Notes under the pieces: model-generated
What the model was told of the DNA's origin: nothing
Seen by the model: the letters and a program-made list of their open reading frames with translations, nothing else
The model's database searches: none
Program-made: the position numbers and the translations under genes
From: the human T2T-CHM13v2.0 reference genome, Homo sapiens
Direction: 5' to 3' (one strand)
Assembly (NCBI RefSeq): GCF_009914755.1
Contig: NC_060927.1
DNA: 64,000 bases
Shown: one piece after another, positions 28,272-40,333 of the stretch
Layout: every line of letters starts with the position of its first letter
How positions within the stretch are numbered: position 1 is the first letter of the stretch

Positions 28272-29459
28272 TCAAATAGTTTCATAATTTAAAAAACCCA
28301 ATCATACATTGATAAAACTGACACCAGCTATCCCAAAGCCACAAATCACCACACAGAGGAACCTTGTTCCCTCCTCACTCTTCTCTGGTTCGTGGGCACC
28401 CACCTTGCTGACCATCTCCATGGAGAGCATCAGCAGGATTGAACCTGAAGGAAATGAGAAATGCAAAGCAGAGAGAACAGGGTTGTGCCTCTGATAGTCA
28501 CGTCTTTTGTAAAGTGCATTTCTCTCTCTGAACGACAAGAGCTTATCTTTAAGCCTAGAAGCCAAGGGCGATTCCTTCTAATTAGGCCAGTAGTCACCAT
28601 TCTGGTTCCAATAAAATTAATGAAATGACTAATTAGATGCAGAATATTATGCTACCGTTACAGTCCACTAAGGAGTAAAAACGTGACAGTCTCTGCTTAA
28701 GAAGCTTATAGCCTAAAGGAAATACAAACAGACCTCAATTTCTTTTTTTCTCACTTGAGTGAATATATCTTACACCGTTCTGTCAAATCAGAAATGTTCT
28801 GTCAGGGAGAATAAGCTCCTTTTAATATGTATGCAGAAAGAAACCTAAAGAGTTAGAGCAGTGAGCACAGCAGAGTCACCTTTTCCAGAGGCTTAGGAAA
28901 GTCCTAACAAGAAACAGCCACAGAATAGGTTTCTGGTCCCCTCATTCCCAGTCTTGAATCCAAAGCACGCACTCTCCATCTAAAACAATGCAGAACGTAA
29001 TTTTTGAAAGACAGAAAATTAATGGTTGTGAACCCTCTAAAAGGATGTTTTATTTTACTCACCTAAATTATTATTTTCATTGCAAAATCATGGTCCTTCG
29101 CTCTGCTGACTTAATGCTGTAATGCTTTGTGTACCTGAAGAGACAGGCTTCAGATACCTCAAGAGCTGTCTGTGTCTGATGGATAAACGAATAAGCCCTA
29201 ATGCTCTTCGTGGAGGGCAACCCTCTAATTTCAGTAAGAAATGAGCTATGTGGTGCTTTTATGTGAGTAACCCAGAGTGAAGGTCTGCTGATTCTGAATG
29301 GAGGAATTAAAACATTTCTGAGAATAAACACTGATGATACCTACAAGGATGGAAGGATGGTTTTCCCTAAGCCGTATTTGAGTAAAAATTTGGAGGCATC
29401 TGTTTAAGAATTCTGTTCAGTTGTTCTCTGTGGGTTCCTACCTTTCTTTCCCTACCATG

Positions 29460-29923
29460 TGTGAAAGGTGCTGGTGCCAAAATGGAGTCACTTATGTCAA
29501 ACTGTAACAAAACAGAGTGAGTCAGGGGAGGCCATGAAGAAGAAGCCTTTACGCACACATGCCTGTAACAAGCCTTACAGAAGACACTCTAGCACATAGA
29601 TCAGTAACGGGACCTATCTCAAGAACTTCCTCGAGATGGCAGTATTCTGGATAAGCCACTCACACAAGGACAGGTACTTAGCAACAGTCTCCACCAGCGA
29701 ACAAACACTAACTGCCATGAGCTTGTGACCTATGAATGTTACTAAAAAGCAACTCACATGGACTTCTCTTTGTCTTTAAAAGCTTCCCCTTTGCCCTGAC
29801 CCCCTTGGATGTGCGTGTGATCTGTCATGGCACACATATCCTGTATTGCCATCCCCTGCTGTTGCAAAATAAACGTATTTGTTCTGGAGGGCCCATCTCT
29901 CCGAGTTTCTCCTCAGGCGGACC
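29460..29923 (+). mobile_element. ERV1-class solo LTR (subfamily not assigned)
   Basis: TG start (tgtgaaagg ... gccaaaatggagtcacttatg), TATA-like ctttaaaagc, aataaa at 29868, 4-bp TSD catg / catg. Confidence 0.75.
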
Positions 29924-31014
29924 CATGCCAGTTTCCTGAAGTTAATGACCAACAGCATGTAGCTCGTCTAAGGATCGGCACTCAATTTGTACACATGAAA
30001 GAAAGGATGTATAGCAAGAAAAATCCTCACAGATCCTTGTGTTACGCCATGTTAAGTTCAGACCAAGCGACCTTCTGGAAAGCGAAGGTACTCTCAGACC
30101 AACGGACCCTAAAACCAACTTGAAAACCTTGAGCTGCTTTGTAAGCCCCTTGGAACTTGTCCCCTCCCACCTGGACATGATTTGGAGTTTGTGTTGTTGG
30201 TCCTTGGATTTTGGCTTCTGCTTTGATTCCGGACCCACCTTTCCTCCAGCCCTCTGCCTCTTTCTTTTTTCTCAGAATCTCTTAATTGGCTGAGGTCAGC
30301 CCTTAGTGTCCGGTTTTGTGCCTCAGCTATATACTTTGTGCCTCTTCAATTTTATACTGTAAAAGCCTTCAATTTTGTACTCTGAAAACTTTCCCTTTTA
30401 TAACTCTAGGGAGAAAATGCAATATCCCTGGGGCGGAGAGCCTGTTGTAGCTTCTAGCATCTCCCAGAGACCTGCTACAGGTTTGTGACAGGTGGGGGCT
30501 ATTGCTTTTGGGCTCCTGTCAACAGTATTTTTCAGGAAACTGGGCACTCCAGTTGGTATTAACTATTTGGGCTATTTGACAGAAAAAAAGCAGAAAGCAG
30601 AATACATGTACCCTGGGAAAAGTACTTGGAAAAAGCATGTGAAAACATCTGAGTTCTGTGTCAAGGTGTGTGATACAAATTGCTCGATTATCGTAAAGGG
30701 TGAATGTGACAAAAAATTAAGTGGGACCAACATCTGGCCATTCCCATGTATGGAATTAATGAGGTTTAAAGGCCCTTTTGATCATCAAATACCTCCCCAA
30801 GTGGCCTGTCATTTCATATGAAAACTTACATTTTCCTGTCCAGAAGGCCTCCATTCAAACACAACCATCTTTTTTGGAAGGTACACATACAAATTAATCA
30901 TCATCAATGTATGAGATGGAGCAAGTGATTCTGTGTCCCAGCAGAACAGGCTCTGAAAAACAAAACATGGAAAAAGAACATTTTAAGCACAGAGTGAATT
31001 GAGAATGTTTTGGA

Positions 31015-31226
31015 GCTATGCTGTTTAAAACGATGGACACTAACCCTATGTGGCTATTTAATCTTAAATTCAAATTTAAATTAATTAAAATAAAATAATT
31101 CAATTCCTCAGTCACATTAGCTACACTTCAAGGGCTCAGTAACCACATGTGGCTAGTGGCCGACATATTGGAGAGTGCAGATACAGAACATTTCTGAATG
31201 TGCTGAAAGTTGATTGCACAGCTCTG
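31015..31226. mobile_element. MER3 (hAT-Charlie)
   Basis: aattcaattcctcagtcacattagctacacttcaagggctcagtaaccacatgtggctagtggc ... agaacatttc. Confidence 0.85.
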
Positions 31227-31489
31227 GTCTAGAGTGTAGGGGACTTAATGGGGAGAGCATGTCTAAATACATTGTTTCTATGTTGTACTTGAAATCCAGA
31301 GAACAGCCAAGAAAGTACTAGAAAAAATGTAGGTGGGGGAGGGGAAGAGCTCCAATAGAGAAATAGGATCACATAAAATAAGAGTGGTAGGGAGACCAAA
31401 GGCAAGCATTGCCTGTTTCACAGTGTTGCTTGGAGTCTTCTGCTGACATATTCTATGAGGAAAAGGCAGAATTTCCCAGCAAGTTATGG

Positions 31490-31680
31490 CTAGGTTCAAA
31501 TCCTGGTTTTGCCAAATATTAGTTGGGTGGTTGTAAGCAAGCCATTTAACTCTTTTTAGTTTTTCCTCATCTGTGAAATAGAGATTTTGATTCCTACCCT
31601 GAACCACTGTCATGAGGATTAAAGAAAATATATGCAAATCTGGTATATCGTAGGTCCCTAATGAATTGGAGCAATTATAT
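31490..31680 (+). mobile_element. MIR SINE
   Basis: ctaggttcaaatcctgg ... tttcctcatctgtgaaatagag. Confidence 0.75.
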
Positions 31681-31811
31681 TATAACGCCCATTACCCTGC
31701 TTTGAACCACTGACTGTCACTGACATCTTTGTATCTGTCTACATGTCCAGCACATAGCAGGCATTCCATAAATAGCTGTTGGATTTAATTGAACTTGAGG
31801 ACACTGACCTT

Positions 31812-32510
31812 TCCCCCCTGCCTCTCTGTCCCTCACTCCCTTTCTCTCTCTCTGCCCTCTCCTTCCCCTCTCTCTCCCTCTTTCTCTTTTCTCTTGTTTT
31901 CCTTTTTTTGAGACAGGGTCTTGCAGTGTTGCCCAGGTTGGAGTGAAGTGGTGCAATCATAGCTCACTGCAACGTCGGACTCCTGGGCTCAAGAAATCCT
32001 CCCACCTCATCCTCCCGAGTAGCTAGAGCTGTTCCAGTAGGTAGTCCGGCAGACACGAGCAGGACAGAAAGGTCCCCACCTCACCCCACTGGAATATCAG
32101 GCAACCATTAGGTGATGGTCAGGTGGTTGTTAAACTCTCTCTAAAATAATAATTGGTTGTAGGTGGTGCCAGGAAAAGGCAGTCTCCCAATAGGTAGAAA
32201 CACCTGAAGTTGGTGATTAGTAGCTTCCCAATAAGATCTCAGGAGTTGGGCCAGTGGGCTCAAGCACTAAGGGGCATTCTTCCCTTACCAGGAAAGTATT
32301 CCTAGAGGAAGGTCGTATACCAGTTAAACTCTGCTATTTTGCCTCTTAGTTGTCTGATATTCCTTATGGGGGAGGGGGCTTTCCTGCCCTGCTCATGTCT
32401 ACCTAACTTTCTGTAACAGGACTATGGGTGTATACTACCATACCCGGTTAATTTTTTTAATTTTTATTTTTAGTAGAGACAAGTTCCCACTGTGTTGCCC
32501 AGGCTGGCCT
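31812..32510 (-). mobile_element. AluJ (5'-truncated, CT-rich tail) split by an LTR insertion
   Basis: gagacagggtcttgc ... cccgagtagct, then LTR, then ggactatggg ... gttgcccaggctgg; pyrimidine-rich tail 31812-31908. Confidence 0.85.
32030..32418. mobile_element. MER50-like ERV1 LTR (internally deleted), nested in AluJ
   Basis: TG...CA termini; ggaatatcaggcaaccattaggtgatggtcagg ... ctctctaaaataataattgg matches the recalled MER50 consensus. Confidence 0.7.
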
Positions 32511-33073
32511 TTCTTTTTGTAAGCTCTCATCTTCACTACAAATGAAGACCCAGTGAAAGAAAGATGCTGTCCAAATGCCAGTGTTATTGGTATTGCAAAA
32601 GTAATTAATATGAAATAGGATCAGAAGACAACAGTCCCTTGGAAGCTAATCCTTTTAAGTTAATGGAATTTAAATATTATAATTCATGAAATAGCACTTA
32701 AGTAGTACTGCTTGGACAGTTACTGCTTGTTAGCTGTATTTGCTGAATTTAAAAAATTACACCCTTCACAGAATTGCTTGAGGGCACAAGTACAAAGAAT
32801 TAATATATTAATTATCATAAGTGAATCATTAAACAGCAACAGTAATTAACAGCTTAAGTTAATATCTGTAAAAAACCCACACAAACCAGTAGTCTTAGTG
32901 CTCTCCCACTGGGAAAAGAGCTGGAAGAAGAGCTGAATGGTGGAATATCGGATGTGAATGTGTAATCATGCGAGTTCATCTGGTCCCTCCTACTGCCTTC
33001 ATATTGAACCACTGTGGACAAATAAGCCCTCACTGTAATGGTCTTAATAAGACATTTAATAATCTTTGCCTGG

Positions 33074-33537
33074 TGCCATGGTTAATACTGAGTGTCAACT
33101 TGATTGAAGGATACAAAGTACTGATCCTGGGTGTGTCTGTGAAGTTGTTGCCAAAGGAGATTAACATTTGAGTCAGTGGGCTGGGAAAGGCAGACACACC
33201 CTTAAACTGGGTGAGCACCATCTAATCAGCTGCCAGCGCAGCTAGAATATAAAGCAGGCAGGAAAACATGAAAAGACTAGATGGGCCTAGCCTCCTAGCC
33301 TACATCTTTCTCCTGTGCTGGACCCTTCCTCTCCTTGAACATCAGACTCCGGGTTCTTCAGTTTGGGGACTTGGATTGGCTTTCCTTGCTCCTCAGCTTG
33401 TAGATGGCCTCTTGTGGGACCTTGTGATCGAGTGAGTTAATACTTACATAGTGTGAGTTAATACTACTCCACTTTATATTTATATATATATATATCTCCT
33501 ATTAATTCTGTCCCTCTAGAGAATGCTGACTAATACA
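33074..33537 (+). mobile_element. MLT2A1 (HERV-L) solo LTR
   Basis: atggttaatactgagtgtcaacttgattg ... ggagattaacatttgagtcagtgggctgggaaaggcagac ... (TA)n ... ctctagagaatgctgactaataca. Confidence 0.9.
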
Positions 33538-34349
33538 CTAGGCCTGCACTTATTATTGAGACTTTTTCTTTGTATCGTCAGTGTGTATTTTTTCATAGAT
33601 ACCTAACCTGTCAAATGAGATGTTTGAAACTTTCAGAGGAGAAGTTTTAAATGTGGGCTCCAAGGAGTCCAGAACCACTCAGCAACTTGGGGAACAGAAA
33701 GCGAGGTAGGATGTATGAGCAGGAACAGATGTGATTTACTCTCTTACCAACCCTAACACTCCCCTCCCAACCTTGATTAAGCTAGCATAACACAAATTTT
33801 ATATATTTAATTGGCTTGCTTTAATTAGGTTTGAAGAAGAGTCTCCAACAACTTAATGTCTTTTCTATATCTTGTATCTTCTTTTTTATATCTTGGTAAA
33901 TTATTTTGAAAATCACCTAATTTGATCTTCCTAAATTTCCTGTTCACTTAAGTCCTTAGTTCTGAACCCTCGCTGACAAATTATATCCACACGTATTCTG
34001 ATTCAGTAAATTTATGCGGGACCCTAACATTTTAAAAAATCTCCCTAGAGGATCCCAACTTGCAGCCAGGGTTGAGATGTATTGTTTAGTCCAACTGCAC
34101 TGATTTCCTTCCAGGTAGAAATGGGTAGGAGAAGCATTTCATTTTTTTTTTTTTTTCTGCCAGAGGACAGTTTTCCCAGGAAAATGTGTGTTTATAGAGC
34201 TTAGTTTATTCTTTCTTTCCATATTCCTATATAAATCAACATTCCCATCTTGACGTCCTTCAAGTAATAGCTGCTATGACTCTCAAACCATTGACTTTAT
34301 CATTTAATTTTATGAATTTCTATCTGTTATCGAGAAGAGATGGGTTTCA

Positions 34350-35191
<842 letters not shown>

Positions 35192-35654
35192 TGAATGATT
35201 AATGTCACAATAAGAATCTAGAAATAATTCTACCTGTTACAAAATGTGTAAACATTCAGCTGCTACCATGTACCCATACTCTGAGCTGAGTGTTTTCCAT
35301 TAATGTAGAACCAGGATTAGCTAACAAGGGCAGCATTCCAGGGTTTTTTTTCTTGTCACCACTTTTGTGTTCCAGTTAAGTGGCAACAAATTTGGTAAAC
35401 AGACAACAGCTGAACTAGAGAACTGGTATGATCTTCCATTCTGAACAGCTAGATATAGCACTGGTATGAGTGACTGAGTCAGTAGGAATAGACTATGATT
35501 CCCTCCCTCCCTTTCTCCCTTTCTTCCTTCCCTCCCTCCCGTTTCTGAAAATCCAAGGAAGCAGAAAAATATAGAAAATGATATTGCAAATACCCTTATA
35601 TCTGTCACCTGACTTTAAGTCTTACCATTTTTTGATATTTCATCCAATACTTAC

Positions 35655-36021
35655 TAATATGGTTTGGCTCTGTGTCTCCATCCAAATCTCATCTCAAATT
35701 GTAATCTCTGTTGTGTCAAGGGAGGGACCTGGTGGGAGGTCACTGGATCATGGGGACAGTTTCCCTGGTTTCCCACATGCTGTTCTCGTGAGAGTGAGGG
35801 AGTTCTCACGAGATCTGATGGTTTTTAAAGTGGCAGTTTCACCTGAGTGCTCTCTCTCTCCTGCCACCACGTAAGACCTGCCTTGCTTCCTCTTTGTCTT
35901 CCTCTATGATTGTAAGTTTCCTGAGCTCTCCCCAGCCATGTGGAACTGAGAGTCAATTAAACCTGCTTTCTTTATAAATTACTCAGTCTCAGTTATAGCA
36001 GTGTGAAAATGGACTAATACA
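35655..36021 (+). mobile_element. THE1D-like MaLR solo LTR
   Basis: taatatggtttggctctgtgtc ... gtcaagggagggacctggtgggagg ... gagtcaattaaacc ... ggactaataca; 5-bp TSD cttac / cttag. Confidence 0.88.
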
Positions 36022-36099
36022 CTTAGTTTAAGAAATAGAAATTCACAATTAGAATTGAAGCTACCTTTAAAACGACACTGCCCTTAACTCATACTCTTT

Positions 36100-36262
36100 C
36101 CCAGACTTTGCTACACATTAGAATCACTTGGAGAAATTTAAAACTCCCATTTCCCAGGTCTCACCTCCTACCAATTAAACTGGAATGTCTGGGAGAGGCA
36201 GCCTTTAGTATTTTGTAAGCTCTGCAGGTAATTATTACATGTGAAAAGTTTGGAAAATACTG
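36100..36262. mobile_element. MER5-like fragment
   Basis: acattagaatcacttggaga ... caggtaattattacatgtgaaaagtttggaaaatactg. Confidence 0.6.
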
Positions 36263-37955
36263 TCCTATTTCCCACTCCAAAGGTAACTTCCATCCAATAT
36301 TTGATGTTTATATTTTTACTACATATGTGTATTTATAAACAAAATACAGTTTTGCATGTTTTAAAATATACATGTTGTATAATTTTATATTCTATAATGT
36401 GCTTTTTATACTCAACTTGCCTTTTTGTGGTTTATCAATATTTATGCATGTAGTTATAACTTACTCATTTTAACGGCTATATAGCATTCAACTTTTAAAT
36501 AAACCATGTTATTTGTCCACCTTCCTATTGGCAGATGTTAACAATATGACTTTGTGTTTATGAATTTTGTTCATTTATTCATTTATTTAGGTCTTTTATA
36601 TGTCTTGGTAAAGATCTTGCACATCTTGTGTTGGCATAATTCCTCGATATCTGGAGTTTTTCTGCTATTGCACATGGTATCCTTCAATCACGTATTTGTC
36701 ACTGGTCCATATGAATAAAATCAGTTTTAGTGAGTTGATTGTGGGTCCAGCAACTTTGCTGAATTTTCTTATTAGCTTAAGGAGATTTGGTGTATATTCT
36801 CAGTTTTCATTTGGAGACAATCATATTACCTGTAGTGATAGTTTTCTTTTTTTCTGAGCTTTATAAATTTAGTACCTTTCTTTTATCTTATTGTACTGTT
36901 TAGAACCTCCAGCATAATGTTTGGTTAAATCTGTGATAAAAGAAACTCTTAGATTCTTTCTAACTACAAAGGGAATGCTTCTAATGTTTTAATTTTAAGA
37001 ATTATGTCTGCTATGAGTTTTTTGTGAGTTCCTATTATATATATCCTTTATCAGGTTTAGAAAGTTTTCTTCTTATTTTGCTAAGATTTTTATCATTAAA
37101 AGATGCTGAATCTTATCATGTGCTCTTTTTTTCATCTACTAGAAGATTATATAGTTTTTTCTTTTAATCTGCTAAGAAGATACATTTATATGACTATACC
37201 CTGTTTTAAATAATATTATATGAAAGTAATACATACACACACATAGTTTTAAGAATCAAATTATACCACTAACATTATAATGGAAAGCACTTGGTACCTG
37301 GTCATCATCCAATATCTGAGGCAATCATTTCCAATTATTTTATGTATTTCTTCTGGTATTTTCCTTCCTATTCAAATAATAACAAGTATATACTGACTTA
37401 TTTTTATTCTGAAGCCTATTTTGCTTAAAATTAATAAAGATACTTCAGTTTTTTAAATTAGCGCTAACATGTTATGTATTTCTCTATCTCTTTCTTTCAG
37501 TTTATCTGGGTTTTTATATTTGAAGTGAGTTTCTTGCTGCAATGTATAATTGGATCTTTTAAAACCCACTTTGACAATCTTTGTCTTTTAGCTGCTGTAT
37601 TTAGATAATTACATCTAAATACATAATTATATCTAAATATCAACTTATTGATGTTGCTGAATTAATATTTATCATGTTTATAACTTTTCTATCTGTTGCA
37701 TTTATACTTTCTTTTTTCCTCTTCCATTTCTGCCTTCTTTGCTTTTAATTGAGCATTTTATATTATTTCAAATTTTTCTTCTCTTAGAATATCAATTACA
37801 CTTTTTTTACACAACTTTTTTAGTAGTTTCCTTTGAGTTTGTTGTATACACCTACAACAAATCCAAGTCTACTTTCAAATAGCCCTATTCTACTTTAGGG
37901 GTAGTGCAAGGACCTTACAAGAGAATATTTTAAATTCCTTTCTCCTGTGACTTGA

Positions 37956-38271
<316 letters not shown>

Positions 38272-38983
38272 TGATTTCACTTACTGATATGCTATGATTA
38301 CCCAATAAATTGGTGTAATTATTGTTTTAAATTATCTCTTAGATCAACTGATAAATTGGTATGGTTTATGGTTTACTTTCATCCATTCTTTCTCCGATGA
38401 TTTTCTTTCTAAAGATCTAAATTTCTAACATGTATTATTTTCCTTCTGCCTGAAGAATATTTGAACATTTCTTGCAAAACAGATGATGAATTCCTTCAGT
38501 TTTTGTTTAAGCAATCTTTTTTTCATTCTTAGTTTTGAAGGATAATTTTGCTGCATATAGAATGCTGGGATGGTGGGGTTATTTTCCAACATTTTAAGTC
38601 TTTTACTCCACTCTCTTTTGCTTGCATGGTGTGCAATCAAAATTTTTTTTATAATTATTATTCTTCGTGTTCTATAGATAAGATTTTTCTCCTGTTTTTT
38701 TTCCATATTTTTCTTTTTGTTTTTGGTTTTATACAATTTGAATATGATATGCTTAGTCCATTTTTGGTGTTTGCTTGGTGTTTCTTGAGCATTCAGAATT
38801 TGTGGTTTGGTGTCTGTCATTATTTTTGAGAAAATGTCAGCCATTATTACTCCAAGTATTTTTTTCTACTTTACTTTCTTCTTTTTCTTCTTCTAATATT
38901 TCATTTACACACGTTATGCCTTTTGCAATTGTTCTACAATTTTTTTGAATGTTCTGTTCTCCTTTTTAAATTATCTTTTCTCA

Positions 38984-39489
38984 GAAACCATTGTACCAAA
39001 AGGATACCTTCACTCATGTTTATCACAGTACTATTGACAATACCAAAGTGGAATTGGCCTTAGTGGCCATTAGAAGATGATTGGATAAAGAAAATGTGGT
39101 GTGTGTATATATACACACACACACACACACACACTATATAAATATATATGACAGAGTACTATGAAGCCATAAAAAAGAAGGAAATGTCTTTTGCAGCAAC
39201 ATGGATGGAATTGGAGGCCATCGTTTTAAGTGCAACAACTGAGAAACAGAAATACCACCTCTTCTCACTTACAAGTGGGAGCTAAATAGCATGTGCACAT
39301 GGACATGGAGTACAGAATAACAGACAGTAAAGACTTGGAAAAGTGGAGAAGATTGGAAGGGGGTGGATAATAAAAAGTTACTTTGGGTGATGGATACACT
39401 AAAAGCCCTGACTTCATCACTATGCAATGTATCCATGTAACGAAATTACATGTCTACCCTATAAATTCATATAAGAAAAAAAAAAAAAA
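38984..39489 (+). mobile_element. L1MA-type 3' end nested in the older L1
   Basis: ttttgcagcaacatggatggaattggaggcc ... ggatacactaaaagccctgacttcatcactatgcaat ... poly-A. Confidence 0.85.
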
Positions 39490-39981
39490 GGCAAATGTGA
39501 GCACAACTTCTTTAAAAAATACATACATTCTCTTTTCTCATTGCATTTTAGTTTAGGAAGTTTCTGTTGACCTATATTAAGGCTCTCTAATTTTTTCCTT
39601 ATCTGTGTAACATCTACTGTTGAGCAAATTAAAGGTATTCTTGATTTCTGTTACCAAGTTTTTGATTTCTAATATTTCCTTTTAGTTCTTTCATGGAATT
39701 TCCATGTCTCTGCTTACATTTGCCCTCTGTTTTTACACAGTGTATACTCTTTACATTGGAGTCTTTACCATTTTAATCATGGTTATTTAAATTCTGTCTT
39801 ATAATTTCAACGTTTTCATATCTGAGTTGGATCCTGATGATTGCTTTATTTCTTCAGATTGTATTTTTGTTTCCCATTTGGTATGCTTTGTAATCTTTTG
39901 TTAAAAGCTGAAAATGTTGTGTCAGGTAATATGGATTGAGGTAAACAAGCCTGTATGAGGATCTGGCTAGGAATTTACCTG

Positions 39982-40333
39982 TGTTATGGCCTAAATGTTT
40001 CTGTTCTCGCCAAATGTTGAATCCTAATCCCTAGTGCAATAGTATTAAGAGATGGGGCTTTTAGGAAGTGATTAGGTCTTGAGGACGGAGCCCTCATGAA
40101 TGGGATTGGTGCCCTTATAAAAGCGGCCCAATGGAGTTCATTTATCCCTTCTGCCATGTGAAGACGCAGTGAAAAGGCACCATCTTCAAAGCAAAAATGA
40201 TTAATACCCAAGCTCTTGCCAGATGCTGAATGGTGAACTCCAGCCTCCAGAGCTGTGAACGAAAAAATTTCCATTGTGTATAAGTTACCCAGTCTAAGGT
40301 ATTTTGTTACAGTAGCCTGAACAGATTAAGACA
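39982..40333 (+). mobile_element. MLT1A-type MaLR solo LTR
   Basis: tgttatgg ... gccctcatgaatgggattggtgcccttataaaa ... gtattttgttacagtagcctgaacagattaagaca. Confidence 0.88.

Noticed and set aside
30314-30390. Short staggered duplications (tttgtgcctc x2; cttcaatttt.tact x2)
   Set aside because: Too short and degenerate to be more than local slippage.
32798-32813. 16-bp palindrome aattaatatattaatt
   Set aside because: AT-only, low complexity and expected by chance in AT-rich DNA.
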